A stretch of DNA of 64,000 nucleotides from Escherichia phage RB14. Within the stretch, counting starts at the first letter, position 1. Each line of letters starts with the position of its first letter. The notes under the pieces were generated by a model. It did no database searches and had not been told where the DNA came from. It saw only the letters and a list, made by a program, of their open reading frames with translations. The position numbers and the translations under genes were made by a program. Of this stretch, positions 31,950 through 44,921 are shown piece after piece. The stretch lies in the sequence record NC_012638.1; one strand, 5' to 3'.

Positions 31950-32299
31950 TTAGAAAGATCCTGGATGTCTTCTGCGAACTTGCTAAAGGAATTGTTGATT
32001 TGTTTTTCAACCAATCCTGGCTTACTAGCCACCACATCCGCCTTCTTCGCATCTTTACGCAGTTTTTCATTTTCACGCTCAATTGCAGCAATTGATTCAC
32101 GATTTTTATTATTCATTGCATCAATATAATTATATTGATTTTTTAAATCATTTAATGCTAAAGCATTTTCATTAGCAGTTTTTGTAATTTCTACGACAGA
32201 CGTTTCTAATCTTTCAATTTTGTGTTTTAAAACTAAAGAAGTTCCGCCCAATGTAATTACAATTAATAGTAAACCTGCTGTAGTATTACTTAATTGCAT
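31946..32299 (-). CDS. Inner-membrane spanin (Rz equivalent)
   Basis: 117-aa ORF; N-terminal transmembrane helix then coiled-coil-like region; directly upstream of the lipoprotein. Confidence 0.75.
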   Translation of the reverse strand: MQLSNTTAGLLLIVITLGGTSLVLKHKIERLETSVVEITKTANENALALNDLKNQYNYIDAMNNKNRESIAAIERENEKLRKDAKKADVVASKPGLVEKQINNSFSKFAEDIQDLSK

Positions 32300-32796
32300 A
32301 AAGTTTTAATAACCTCTATAATATCGTCTTGAGAAAGACCGTTAATTAAAATATGATGTTCAGCTGGAGATTTAGAAATTTTAAAGCATGCCGCAACATC
32401 TTCTGCCATATCTGATGCACTACGATTTGGATTACTAATTCCAAGACGATGCTTTCCAGTCAAAGGATTAACGATGATATAGCATTTGCAGCTATTGATA
32501 TGAACATTGGGTTGAGTCTGATTAATGAACACTTCACAATCATACTTAGCGAGTTGATTTTCTAAAAAGACTTTCATCTCTTCAACCGCATCAGGAAGCA
32601 TATCACGGGCTTGCTCAAGACGACGATTTCGATATTCTTTAATGGTCGTTTTCCGCTTGACTTGCTTAGCTAAATCTTTCTTAAGATCGGTGATATATCC
32701 AACTCGACGATTTCCTTTGAATACAGAAATCCCATCTGTAGTATCACCGTATGCTTCAACGACCATTTCAGTAGTAATAAGTTGTAAATCCATCAT
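32290..32796 (-). CDS. alc: Alc (inhibitor of host transcription on cytosine DNA)
   Basis: 168-aa ORF (MMDLQLIT...) recognised as T4 Alc. Confidence 0.88.
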   Translation of the reverse strand: MMDLQLITTEMVVEAYGDTTDGISVFKGNRRVGYITDLKKDLAKQVKRKTTIKEYRNRRLEQARDMLPDAVEEMKVFLENQLAKYDCEVFINQTQPNVHINSCKCYIIVNPLTGKHRLGISNPNRSASDMAEDVAACFKISKSPAEHHILINGLSQDDIIEVIKTLCN

Positions 32797-32800
32797 AAAG

Positions 32801-32854
32801 TCCTCATGTTATGTCAGTAAGACTACTGTAACACAACACGAGGGACTTGTAAAC
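32801..32854 (-). promoter_or_regulatory. T4-type early promoter nested in an inverted repeat (upstream of alc)
   Basis: Near-identical to 17024-17077; arms at 32802-32810 and 32835-32843 (one G-U wobble). Confidence 0.65.
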
Positions 32855-32857
32855 AGC

Positions 32858-34445
<1,588 letters not shown>

Positions 34446-34452
34446 AATAAAA

Positions 34453-34468
34453 TGGGCCTTGCGGCCCA
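34453..34468 (-). terminator. Hairpin plus U-tract between nrdB and denA
   Basis: tgggcc-ttgc-ggccca; on - strand followed by UUUUAUU and then the denA ATG. Confidence 0.55.
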
Positions 34469-34472
34469 CTCC

Positions 34473-35651
34473 TTAAAAGTATTTTTTAAAACTCATCATA
34501 ACTTTATCATCAACATCATTATCAATCTGTGCAACAAGATAAGATGACAGTTCTACTTCTTGTGGCGCGGATTGAACATTATCAGAATTAAGATATTCAC
34601 GAATCCAAGGATATGGATGTTTAACCGGAGCATCGGTAATTGGGCATGGAAGACCGCACTGTTTCATACGAGATACAGTTAAGTAATCAATAAAGCTCCA
34701 CATGCTATTTGTATTTAATCCAGGAACATCGCCATCTTTAAATAAATGAACTGCCCAATCTTTTTCTTGGCGGTTAACTTCCATGAAAATATCAACTGCT
34801 TCTTGTTCACACTCTTGAGCAATTTTAACCCATTGATCGCCATCAGTACCAGATTGAAGTTGACGAATAATATATTGGGTGCCTTTAAGGTGAAGCTGTT
34901 CATCGCGTGCAATGAACTTCATAATCTTGGCATTACCTTCCATGATTTCCATGTTTTTATGGAAGTTAAAGGTACATGCGAAAGATACATAAAAACGAAT
35001 AGCTTCCAATGCGTTGATTACATGCAAACAGAGGTAAAGAGATTTCATTAGCTCACGCTTCCAATATGTCTCATGCTCAATAGCATCTTCAATAACGTCT
35101 TCGTCTGCATTAATTTCTTTTTGGTATTCGATATCAGCTTTAGCGTTTTCCCAATAACGAGTTTTAATTAGAACATCATCATAATAACGTCCAATGGATT
35201 CAGCACGTTTCATAATAGCTTCATCTAATACAATCTCATCAAATACCTTCGATGGATCAGTATAAAGATTTCGCATGATATGAGTATATGAACGGCTGTG
35301 AATAGTTTCACTAAAAGTCCACGTAGCAACCCATGTATCAAGGCTTGGGTCTGAAATTAATGACATAAGTACAGCAGACGGCGCACGACCCTGAATGCTA
35401 TCCAAAAGTGATTGATACTTCAGATTATTAGTAAAAATATTTTGCTGATACTGAGGAAGCTTATTAAACTGTGCAGCATCCATCATCAAGTTTACTTCTT
35501 CAGGACGCCAGAAAAATGATAAAGACTTCTCAGTAAGTTCTTCAAATACTCGATGCCGTTGAATATCATAACGCGCAATACCAAGACCTGAACCAAAAAA
35601 CATAGGTTCTTTTAAAACATCAACTGGATTTGTATTAAAAACTGTGCTCAT
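34473..35651 (-). CDS. nrdB: Ribonucleotide reductase small subunit NrdB (intron-less)
   Basis: Uninterrupted 392-aa ORF. Confidence 0.92.
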   Translation of the reverse strand: MSTVFNTNPVDVLKEPMFFGSGLGIARYDIQRHRVFEELTEKSLSFFWRPEEVNLMMDAAQFNKLPQYQQNIFTNNLKYQSLLDSIQGRAPSAVLMSLISDPSLDTWVATWTFSETIHSRSYTHIMRNLYTDPSKVFDEIVLDEAIMKRAESIGRYYDDVLIKTRYWENAKADIEYQKEINADEDVIEDAIEHETYWKRELMKSLYLCLHVINALEAIRFYVSFACTFNFHKNMEIMEGNAKIMKFIARDEQLHLKGTQYIIRQLQSGTDGDQWVKIAQECEQEAVDIFMEVNRQEKDWAVHLFKDGDVPGLNTNSMWSFIDYLTVSRMKQCGLPCPITDAPVKHPYPWIREYLNSDNVQSAPQEVELSSYLVAQIDNDVDDKVMMSFKKYF

Positions 35652-35702
35652 AAATTTTCCACTTAGTTAATAGATAGTGACTCGTCCATGAGTCAAATTA
35701 TA

Positions 35703-37967
35703 TCATAATTTACAGGATGAACAATCTTCAGCTTTTGGAGTTTCTATTTCATAATCATCAGTACCAGAACCATCACGGGTATTATGATAATAGAAATTTT
35801 TTCCGCCAAAATACCAAAAATACAAAAGGTCATCAATCATTATTGACATTGGAACCTTTCCTTTTGGAAAAATCTGCGGGTCATAGTATGTATTCGCTGA
35901 AGCTGATTGACACACCCATTTCAGCATAATAGCTACCTGCGTAAGATAAGGTTTATTACCTTTCTTAGCTAATTTCCATGTATAATCATAGAGGTCTATG
36001 TTATGCTCAATATTGGGCACGACTTGATTAAAGGAGCCCTCTTTTGATTCTTTAACAGAGACTGGTCCACGTGGAGGCTCGATACCGTTTGTACTGTTAG
36101 AAACTTGGGAAGATGACTCACATGGCATAAGTGCTGATAATGTGCTATTACGGATGCCAAAGAGCTTAAGGTCTTCCCGCAGCGACGACCAGTCACAAAC
36201 GTATTTTGGAGCTGCGATTTGGTCAATCTTTTTATTGTACCAGTCGATAGGTAATTCGCCTCGAGACCAACGAGTGTCTGAATAATATTCGCAAGGTCCT
36301 TTTTCTTTGGCGAGCTTAATGGATGCTTTAATGAGTCCATACTGTAATCTCTCAAATAGTTCATGTGTTAAATCGTTAGCATCTTCATAAGAAGCAAAGT
36401 TACTTGCCAGCCAAGCTGCATAGTTGGTAACACCTACACCGAGGTTACGACGCTTTTTAGCTTTTTCTGCTTCAGGAACTGGATATCCTTGGTAATCCAA
36501 TAGATTATCAAGAGCACGAACTTGAACTTCTGCCAATTCATTAATTTTATCTTGGTCTTGCCAGTCAAAATTATCTAGTACGAATGCAGAGAGAGTACAC
36601 AATCCAATTTCAGCATCAGGACTATTCACATCATTTGTTGGAATAGCAATTTCACAGCACAAGTTACTCTGACGAATAGGTGCCTTTTCACGAATAAACG
36701 GAGTGTAGTTATTCGTATTATCAATGAACTGCACATAAATCCTTGCTGTTCCTGAACGTTCAGTCATGAGCAATTCAAATAGTTCACGGGCTTTAATACG
36801 CTTTTTACGAATATTAGGGTCTTTTTCTGCTGCTTCGTATAATTCACGGAAACGGTCTTGGTCTTTAAAATAAGAATAATAAAGCTCGCCACCCATTTCG
36901 TGTGGACTGAACAAAGTAATGTAATCGTTCTTTCCGAATCGTTCCATCATCAAATCATTCAGCTGAACACCATAATCCATATGACGAATGCGGTTTTCTT
37001 CTACGCCTTTGTTATTTTTCAAAACGAGAAGATTTTCAACTTCCAAATGCCAAATAGGATAATAAGCAGTAGCAGCGCCGCCACGAATTCCACCCTGTGA
37101 ACATGATTTAACAGCAGTCTGAAAATGTTTCCAAAAAGGAATAACACCAGTATGGCGTACTTCACCCATGCCAATCTTAGAACCTTCGGCACGAATCATA
37201 CCAACGTTAATACCAATTCCAGCACGTTTAGAGATATATTCAACAATTGAAGCGGAAGCCTTATTGATAGACTTCAATGAATCACCTGCCTCAATAACAA
37301 CACATGAACTAAACTGCCGAGTTGGAGTACGGCAACCAGCCATAATAGGAGTTGGCAATGAAATCTGTCGAGTAGATACTGCTTCATAAAAACGGATAAC
37401 ATGTTTTAATCTATCAACAGGTTCATCTTGATGCAGTGCCATTCCAATAGTCATAAATGCAAACTGTGGAGTTTCATAAATTTGACCAGTGGTTTTATCT
37501 TTAACTAAATATTTTTCTTTTAATTGCATCGCCCCGGAATAAGTAAATTCCATATCCCGCTCGTGCTTAATTTTTGATTCTAAAAATGTAATTTCTTCTG
37601 CTGAATATTTTGACAATAATTCAGGGTCATATTTACCTGCATTTACACAATAAGAAATATGGTCAATAAATGAACGTGGTTCATACTGCCCATAAACATG
37701 CTTACGAAGAGCGAACATTAAACAACGTGCAGCTACATATTGGTAATCAGGCTCTTCAACCGAAATAGAATTCGCAGCGGCCTTAATGACAATAGTCTGA
37801 ATATCATCAGTTGTCATTCCATCACGGAGATAAGATTTAATATTTTCATATAATTCATAAGGATCGACTGATGTTCCTTCAGCTGCCCAAGATAAAACTT
37901 TAATAATTTTTTGTGGGTCAAAGCTCTGAGAAACACCACTACTTTTGATAACATTAATTAATTGCAT
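35703..37967 (-). CDS. nrdA: Ribonucleotide reductase large subunit NrdA
   Basis: 754-aa ORF with ATP-cone N-terminus and class I catalytic core; 51 bp from nrdB. Confidence 0.95.
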   Translation of the reverse strand: MQLINVIKSSGVSQSFDPQKIIKVLSWAAEGTSVDPYELYENIKSYLRDGMTTDDIQTIVIKAAANSISVEEPDYQYVAARCLMFALRKHVYGQYEPRSFIDHISYCVNAGKYDPELLSKYSAEEITFLESKIKHERDMEFTYSGAMQLKEKYLVKDKTTGQIYETPQFAFMTIGMALHQDEPVDRLKHVIRFYEAVSTRQISLPTPIMAGCRTPTRQFSSCVVIEAGDSLKSINKASASIVEYISKRAGIGINVGMIRAEGSKIGMGEVRHTGVIPFWKHFQTAVKSCSQGGIRGGAATAYYPIWHLEVENLLVLKNNKGVEENRIRHMDYGVQLNDLMMERFGKNDYITLFSPHEMGGELYYSYFKDQDRFRELYEAAEKDPNIRKKRIKARELFELLMTERSGTARIYVQFIDNTNNYTPFIREKAPIRQSNLCCEIAIPTNDVNSPDAEIGLCTLSAFVLDNFDWQDQDKINELAEVQVRALDNLLDYQGYPVPEAEKAKKRRNLGVGVTNYAAWLASNFASYEDANDLTHELFERLQYGLIKASIKLAKEKGPCEYYSDTRWSRGELPIDWYNKKIDQIAAPKYVCDWSSLREDLKLFGIRNSTLSALMPCESSSQVSNSTNGIEPPRGPVSVKESKEGSFNQVVPNIEHNIDLYDYTWKLAKKGNKPYLTQVAIMLKWVCQSASANTYYDPQIFPKGKVPMSIMIDDLLYFWYFGGKNFYYHNTRDGSGTDDYEIETPKAEDCSSCKL

Positions 37968-38284
37968 AAGTCCTCAACTTGAAAATCGTCTTTAAACAAT
38001 CGGTTAACTATATGAGCTATTATATCACCATGACACGGCTTTGGTTTACATGTGCATCCTAGCCTCATTCCACGTAAAGGCTCTAAATGTGCTTTAGTTA
38101 TTTCTCCGGATTTAATTCGACGTATAAAATCTTTTTTGAATAATTCAATGGCAGCCTCCCGGCTGCCAGCATCTTTACCGACGTAATTTCCCCAAAATGT
38201 ACCGCGGTGAATATTAACATCAAAGTCGGATTTGTATTTATTCACTACCCGGCATAGACGGCCCGTGCGGTTGTAGGTGTTCAT
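37958..38284 (-). CDS. Hypothetical Cys/His-rich protein (position of T4 nrdA.1)
   Basis: 108-aa ORF with [13 protein letters not shown] motif. Confidence 0.7.
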   Translation of the reverse strand: MNTYNRTGRLCRVVNKYKSDFDVNIHRGTFWGNYVGKDAGSREAAIELFKKDFIRRIKSGEITKAHLEPLRGMRLGCTCKPKPCHGDIIAHIVNRLFKDDFQVEDLCN

Positions 38285-38501
38285 ATTGTTCTTCCGTTAA
38301 AACAGTAATATCGTAGTAACAGTCAGAAGAAGTTTTAACTGTGGAAATTTTATTATCAAAATACTCACGAGTCATTTTATGAGTATAGTATTTTTTACCA
38401 TAAATGGTAATAGGCTGTTCTGGTCCTGGAACTTCTAACTCGCTTGGGTTAGGAAGTGTAAAAAGAACAACGCCAGAAGTATCTTTAAATCGTAAAATCA
38501 T
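38238..38501 (-). CDS. Hypothetical protein (position of T4 nrdA.2)
   Basis: 87-aa ORF. Confidence 0.65.
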   Translation of the reverse strand: MILRFKDTSGVVLFTLPNPSELEVPGPEQPITIYGKKYYTHKMTREYFDNKISTVKTSSDCYYDITVLTEEQYEHLQPHGPSMPGSE

Positions 38502-39358
38502 ATTGCCATTTTCCCTTTAATTGCTGGATGCGATTCATAATTTTCAAGGATAAAATCTTTCGGTTTCATGTATTCAGTTAACCAGTAAAGCTGTGTTTCG
38601 GTGTCACAATTTCCAAACTCTATAGGCCAATCAATTTTAAGTTCACATAGTTCTTTAGGCTCACGACGTAAAATTTCTTTACATTGCTCAGTATGATTCA
38701 TATAGATGTGAGTATTACCACCAGAAAATATCAAATCTCCTGGGATAAGATTACACATCTTAGCCACAATATGCGTCAAGGCAGCGTACGAGGCAATGTT
38801 GAATGGCAATCCCAAGAAAACATCTACACTTCTTTGGTACCATTGTAAATCAAGATAACCATTACGCACATTAAACTGATAGAACATATGACAGGGCGGT
38901 AATGCCATTTGATTGATTTCAGCTGGATTCCATGCTGAAACGATTTGACGTCGATCAGTTGGTAATTTTTTAATACGATCAATAGTTTCAACTAATTGAT
39001 CCACACCGCCGAAATCACGCCATTGTTTACCGTATATAGGACCAAGTTCACCACTATGATATCCTAGGTCTTTAGCCTGGTTTTCATAGTTATCGTCCCA
39101 AATAGTTTTACCTTGAATAAGACTACCATGTGTGCGAAGACGTAAATCATTAACATTGGTAGAACCGGAAATAAACCATAGAAGCTCAGCAATGCATGCA
39201 TTCCAGGCGAGCTTCTTAGTTGTTACTGCAGGAAAACCTTTAGTTAAATCCCAACGTAATTTAGTACCGAACAAAGCAATTGTTCCTGTGCCTGTTCGGT
39301 CATCGGTTTCATAGCCATTTTCAAAAATGTCTTTAATTAAATCTTGGTATTGTTTCAT
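38498..39358 (-). CDS. td: Thymidylate synthase (intron-less)
   Basis: Uninterrupted 286-aa ORF with catalytic-Cys region ([11 protein letters not shown]); no intervening sequence. Confidence 0.95.
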   Translation of the reverse strand: MKQYQDLIKDIFENGYETDDRTGTGTIALFGTKLRWDLTKGFPAVTTKKLAWNACIAELLWFISGSTNVNDLRLRTHGSLIQGKTIWDDNYENQAKDLGYHSGELGPIYGKQWRDFGGVDQLVETIDRIKKLPTDRRQIVSAWNPAEINQMALPPCHMFYQFNVRNGYLDLQWYQRSVDVFLGLPFNIASYAALTHIVAKMCNLIPGDLIFSGGNTHIYMNHTEQCKEILRREPKELCELKIDWPIEFGNCDTETQLYWLTEYMKPKDFILENYESHPAIKGKMAI

Positions 39359-39403
39359 TTAGTACCTTATATAAATTATAATACATTTTATGAAGCTAAA
39401 TAA

Positions 39404-40594
<1,191 letters not shown>

Positions 40595-40603
40595 TATATT
40601 TCC

Positions 40604-40846
40604 TCAAACAGACTTTTTCACAATTTTCCAATCAGCTTTAAACTGATCAACGTCAGAGTGATAAATCCAGAATCCTGCGCTTTCTCCGTCTTCATAAAGA
40701 GGACATCCATCACATTCATCTTCCCATCCCATGTCACGTAAAAGATGTTCAGCTTTTTCAACAAGCCCAGAATCTTTACCGATGATATTAAAATACCATT
40801 TACCTCTAACTTCCGAATCTTTGATGCTCTGACGTTGTAATCTCAT
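40604..40846 (-). CDS. Hypothetical protein (frd.2 position)
   Basis: 80-aa ORF. Confidence 0.65.
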   Translation of the reverse strand: MRLQRQSIKDSEVRGKWYFNIIGKDSGLVEKAEHLLRDMGWEDECDGCPLYEDGESAGFWIYHSDVDQFKADWKIVKKSV

Positions 40847-40900
40847 TTTATTCTCCTTAGTTGATAAGGCTATAGTATCATTACCATAGCCCGTTGTAAA

Positions 40901-41266
40901 CTACTTTTTGAAAGTTTTTCGCAAAAGTTCAATGATTTCATCTACATTGTTTTCGTCAACAATGCAGTGAATTTTTGTTACGCCAGAAACCTTGTCTTCG
41001 ATTTCATCTTCTTCAGAAGTCGGTTCTTTATACTCACGAAAACAATGAAATTCGTCTTCACAAACGTTAAAGTAAAAATGCTTTCCATTTGCGCATTCAA
41101 TGTGTTTTATTACTCTAAATCCATCAACAAAGAAAGCTTCTTTAACTTCAAACCATCCGCCATTTTCTTGGATAATTTTAACTATTGATGAATTAGAACG
41201 TGGGCGATAATTAATAAATGTATCAATAAGTCTTGGAACAAGTTCATACTTTTTGCCGATATACAT
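40901..41266 (-). CDS. Hypothetical protein (frd.3 position)
   Basis: 121-aa ORF. Confidence 0.65.
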   Translation of the reverse strand: MYIGKKYELVPRLIDTFINYRPRSNSSIVKIIQENGGWFEVKEAFFVDGFRVIKHIECANGKHFYFNVCEDEFHCFREYKEPTSEEDEIEDKVSGVTKIHCIVDENNVDEIIELLRKTFKK

Positions 41267-41310
41267 TACGTTTTCCTCATTTTAACGGGGCTGTAATAGC
41301 CCCTTGATAA

Positions 41311-41541
41311 TTATTGTTCAATCAATCCCATGTAAAATTCTGCGTCTTCAGAATCCATGCCATCACAATATTCATTAGCCATAAAGCGGGTGAGGTCTTC
41401 AAGAGGACCTTCAATGACAATAGAAAAATTGCAATAATTGGGATCATCGTGAATACTTGTGATACTAAGTTCAGGATAACGATTACGAATAATTTCTTCG
41501 ATATATTCAAAATCAACGATGTCAATATCAACTTTAGCCAT
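41311..41541 (-). CDS. Hypothetical acidic protein
   Basis: Track ORF to 41574; SD-preceded ATG at 41541 (MAKVDIDIV..., 76 aa) lies downstream of the early promoter. Confidence 0.6.
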   Translation of the reverse strand: MAKVDIDIVDFEYIEEIIRNRYPELSITSIHDDPNYCNFSIVIEGPLEDLTRFMANEYCDGMDSEDAEFYMGLIEQ

Positions 41542-41578
41542 ATTATTTTCCTCTTTAATCATCATCAGCAGCATTGCC

Positions 41579-41653
41579 GATAGTTGTATAGTACCACAGT
41601 ATGCTTTGGTTGTAAACCGTTTTGTGAAAAAATTTTTGAAATAAAAAAGGGGA
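41579..41653. repeat. Direct repeat copy 1 (about 73 bp, one mismatch vs 58049-58123)
   Basis: 59 bp identical, then 1 mismatch, then 13 bp identical. Confidence 0.85.
41590..41617 (-). promoter_or_regulatory. T4-type early promoter (repeat family B, copy 1)
   Basis: On - strand GTTTACA, 18 nt, TACTAT. Confidence 0.65.
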
Positions 41654-41667
41654 CCCTAGAGGTCCCC
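41632..41667 (-). terminator. Terminator downstream of gene 32
   Basis: ggggacc-ctaga-ggtcccc hairpin followed on - strand by UUUUUUAUUU. Confidence 0.85.
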
Positions 41668-41689
41668 AATTAATTAGTAATATAATCTA

Positions 41690-42598
41690 TTAAAGGTCAT
41701 TCAAAAGGTCATCCAGGTCCGTGTCATCAGCACTAGATGAACTGCTAGAGCTTGAGCTCATAAAATCATCTTCAGTTTTTGTATTGAAGTCATCAACATT
41801 GAATGCATCCAAATCATCAGCAACTTTATCAGCTTTCTTAGCAGCAGTTGCAGCGGCACCGCCCATCACAGCAGTTCCCATAACTTGACCGAATTTAGTA
41901 TTCAGTTCTTCAAATGATTTGAATTTATCTTTAGAAGTCATTTCAGAAAGGTCAACCATTTGTTCGAACAGTTCTTTCTGGAAAGATTCATCGTCAATGT
42001 TTGGAATCGCAGATTGATTCAGGAATTTAGATTCATCGTAGTTACTAAATCCAGAAACCTGTTTAACTTTCAGTACAAAGTTAGCACCTTCCCACGGACA
42101 AGTTACATCAACTGGAGTTTCACCCATTTCAACATCAACTGCAATCATTGCATTGATTTTATCCCAGATTTTCTTACCGAAACGATATTTAAATACTTTA
42201 CCTTCGTTTTCTGGAGCAGCTGGGTCTTTTACAACAAGAATGTTAGCCCAGTAAGAAGTTTTGCGTTTAACAAGACTGTACTCTTTATTGTCAGTGTTGT
42301 ACAAATCATTTTTACTGATGTACTGACATACTGGACAAGAATCGTAATCACCGTGGGTAGATGAGCAATTTTCGATATACCATTTACCGTTTTTCTTGAA
42401 ACCGTGATTTACAAGAATTGCGAATGGTGCTTGTTCATCATTTTTAGACGGAAGAAAACGAATTACTGCTTGACCGTTACCCGCATTGTCGAGTTTCAGT
42501 TTCCACTCGCCTTTATCTTCAGAAGAAAAACCACCTTTATTTCCAGCCAGTTTAGCCATTTGCGCAGCAAGTTCAGCAGTAGATTTACGTTTAAACAT
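41690..42598 (-). CDS. 32: Single-stranded DNA-binding protein gp32
   Basis: 302-aa ORF with zinc-binding Cys/His cluster and acidic Ser-rich tail. Confidence 0.95.
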   Translation of the reverse strand: MFKRKSTAELAAQMAKLAGNKGGFSSEDKGEWKLKLDNAGNGQAVIRFLPSKNDEQAPFAILVNHGFKKNGKWYIENCSSTHGDYDSCPVCQYISKNDLYNTDNKEYSLVKRKTSYWANILVVKDPAAPENEGKVFKYRFGKKIWDKINAMIAVDVEMGETPVDVTCPWEGANFVLKVKQVSGFSNYDESKFLNQSAIPNIDDESFQKELFEQMVDLSEMTSKDKFKSFEELNTKFGQVMGTAVMGGAAATAAKKADKVADDLDAFNVDDFNTKTEDDFMSSSSSSSSSADDTDLDDLLNDL

Positions 42599-42665
42599 TT
42601 TTATTTCCTTTTTAATTTAATTAACAGTTGGTGCTATGACGATGTATGACCTCATAGCTGGTCAG
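42599..42665 (-). promoter_or_regulatory. Gene 32 autoregulatory translational operator (pseudoknot plus A/U-rich tract)
   Basis: Leader on - strand ...CCAGCUAUGAGGUCAUACAUCGUCAUAGCACCAACUGUUAAUUAAAUUAAAAAGGAAAUAAAAAUG matches the recalled T4 operator. Confidence 0.8.
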
Positions 42666-42670
42666 TGAGA

Positions 42671-42698
42671 TAATTATAATCTATTTATAATAAGCAAT
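42671..42698 (-). promoter_or_regulatory. Gene 32 middle promoter with embedded late promoter
   Basis: On - strand TTGCTTA (MotA box) ... TATAAATA ... TATAAT. Confidence 0.7.
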
Positions 42699-43351
42699 TA
42701 ATACTTGCAAGATTTCACAGTTTCAATAAAAACACTTTTAGCTTTCTGTGAATCAATATTTAAAATTTTTCTATAAGCCTTTAACTTTATAGAATAATTA
42801 TTCCAGACTAAATTATCAGTCTGTTCATCATGTTTATCAATTATATTTAAAAATGAATCAAGCAAGATAAACGTCTCAAACGAAATTATATTCGATTGCA
42901 GAAGTTTAAAAATATAACTTGACTGAACCTTTGGATTATATTCAAAGATTTCTTTAAAAGCAGAAACTTCAACTTTTTTACTAAAATAATAAATGTTGCG
43001 AATATCTTCTTCAAACTTAAATTTAATTTGCTTTAAGCGTCCGATATATTCACGATAAAACACAAGTGCATCAGCGTCAGAGATGTCACCAATCCAAGCA
43101 TCTTGGTTAGCAACCAAATTGCTTATAAAGATTAAAGCAAGTTCCTTTAATTTATATTTTTCTGATAACTTCTGGAAAAAATACTTATCCCTTCGCTTTT
43201 GATAAGCGGCATCAGACACCCGCATGCACCAATTATACTTAATAACATCATACTTTCCATTCATATGCTGTTTTATCATTAAGTATAATTTATAAACTGA
43301 TTTACCATCAATGTATCTTTCACCACCAGCAGGCATGCGGAGTTTAATCAT
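42698..43351 (-). CDS. 59: Helicase loader gp59
   Basis: 217-aa ORF recognised as T4 gp59; only 99 bp from gene 32. Confidence 0.9.
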   Translation of the reverse strand: MIKLRMPAGGERYIDGKSVYKLYLMIKQHMNGKYDVIKYNWCMRVSDAAYQKRRDKYFFQKLSEKYKLKELALIFISNLVANQDAWIGDISDADALVFYREYIGRLKQIKFKFEEDIRNIYYFSKKVEVSAFKEIFEYNPKVQSSYIFKLLQSNIISFETFILLDSFLNIIDKHDEQTDNLVWNNYSIKLKAYRKILNIDSQKAKSVFIETVKSCKY

Positions 43352-43686
43352 AGCAGAAAATCTAGTGTATTAGTTTTTTCACAACGAACAACAGAAGGAC
43401 GTAAAAGATTTTCGTCAATAGCTTCTGACTGAATTTTTTCAATTATACCCGAAGGAATAAATTTAGCAAATTGAGTTTCAGGAATAGAATTTTCTTCCAA
43501 GAATGCTGTCGTAGCTTCAAGATAACTCATTCCAAACTCTTCTACCATTTTTTCAATAATAAATCCATTTTCTTGACGATCAAGAAGCTTTGCTATTTCA
43601 TCCTTTTCTTTTTTGATTGAAAGTTCTTTTTCTGAAAGACCGGTCTCATCGACCGGACGAATATCATTTAGAGAAAACTGTGTCAT
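43348..43686 (-). CDS. 33: Late transcription co-activator gp33
   Basis: Track start is TTG 43695; ATG 43686 gives 112 aa (MTQFSLNDIRPV...). Confidence 0.88.
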   Translation of the reverse strand: MTQFSLNDIRPVDETGLSEKELSIKKEKDEIAKLLDRQENGFIIEKMVEEFGMSYLEATTAFLEENSIPETQFAKFIPSGIIEKIQSEAIDENLLRPSVVRCEKTNTLDFLL

Positions 43687-43933
43687 AAAGTTCAACTACC
43701 TCTTCAGTTTCAGCTTCAAACACATCACGGTTATCTTTATGATACAAAGCTAATAGACGATTAAACATCTTACCATCAACGCCAAGTTCATCTTTAGCAC
43801 GAATTCGAATATCTTTAATCAGTTCATTATAACCGGAAATTTTCAGTTTATGATCAGATGCTTCTTTAATAAATTTAGCCAAGTCTTCGCCGTGGATAGC
43901 TTCATCAAATTCAACCATTTCTTTTTTAGCCAT
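43664..43933 (-). CDS. dsbA: dsDNA-binding protein DsbA
   Basis: 89-aa ORF. Confidence 0.85.
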   Translation of the reverse strand: MAKKEMVEFDEAIHGEDLAKFIKEASDHKLKISGYNELIKDIRIRAKDELGVDGKMFNRLLALYHKDNRDVFEAETEEVVELYDTVFSK

Positions 43934-43941
43934 TATTCACC

Positions 43942-44859
43942 TCAAAATTCATTAATGCTATTAGTTAATTTAGAAAGACCCGCTTTTACAAAATATGAAT
44001 AAATTTTGCCACGCGGTGGTAATTTATATGAATTATAGTAATTCACAATGTTTGAAGCAATATTATCAGGAATATAATCAAAATCAATTAGAACTAGATT
44101 TTCTTTATAACGATTATATTCAGATTCTGTGAGAAGCACCTTAGCTTGCTCACGGTCATTAGCAATAGCTTCAACGATTGAAGTTTTCATTGAAGGAGTT
44201 CGTTCACCTTCAACTTTGGTAAACCAAAAGTCAGATCGTACTTTAACTGAAGCAACGTTATCCTTTTTGTCGCCTTTAAGGATTTTAGTCATACAGTCAA
44301 TTTCAGCAGAACCGCTTTTAATTTTAACCCATTTCTTGTGCATCGGTGACCATTGCTTAACATTTGGGTATTTGTGAAGCTGTGTAAAGTCACCATCCGA
44401 CGAAATGATTAAAATTTTATGTCCTTCTAAAGAGAACTTTTTAACAAGAACAGCAATGTGGTCATCTGCTTCATACTTATCAATATCCATAACAATGTAT
44501 GGCATATAAGCTTTTAATTCATCTATAACTTTATGGCTGGATTCAAAATAACCTTCCCAGTCCCAAGTAGATTCTTCTCGTGCTTTTCCACGGTTTTTCT
44601 TATAATAATAGGCGAAATCACGACGCCAATATCCAGATTTCGCGTTATCAATACACAGTACAATTTTAGTGTATCCAAGCGTTTTTGCTTTTTTGACATT
44701 AAACTTAATTGAGTTCAATATCAAATGACGAACCATTGATAAATTAATTTTTTCTTTATCTGGGAAGTTTACCAGAGCAGTTGAAAGCGCGATTTGACTA
44801 AAGTCAATAAAGCAAATTCCCTCTTTGTAATCTTCATCCAGCATCATTTCTAAATCCAT
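43942..44859 (-). CDS. rnh: RNase H (5'-3' exonuclease, FEN-1 family)
   Basis: Track start is TTG 44874; ATG 44859 gives 305 aa (MDLEMMLDED...). Confidence 0.9.
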   Translation of the reverse strand: MDLEMMLDEDYKEGICFIDFSQIALSTALVNFPDKEKINLSMVRHLILNSIKFNVKKAKTLGYTKIVLCIDNAKSGYWRRDFAYYYKKNRGKAREESTWDWEGYFESSHKVIDELKAYMPYIVMDIDKYEADDHIAVLVKKFSLEGHKILIISSDGDFTQLHKYPNVKQWSPMHKKWVKIKSGSAEIDCMTKILKGDKKDNVASVKVRSDFWFTKVEGERTPSMKTSIVEAIANDREQAKVLLTESEYNRYKENLVLIDFDYIPDNIASNIVNYYNSYKLPPRGKIYSYFVKAGLSKLTNSINEF

Positions 44860-44888
44860 ATGAACCTCGTTCAATTAGTGAGATTTCT

Positions 44889-44919
44889 ATTATATACCAT
44901 CCAAATCTTAAAGTAAACA
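44889..44919 (-). promoter_or_regulatory. Sigma70-type promoter for rnh
   Basis: On - strand GTTTAC, 16 nt, TATATAAT. Confidence 0.6.
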
Positions 44920-44921
44920 AG

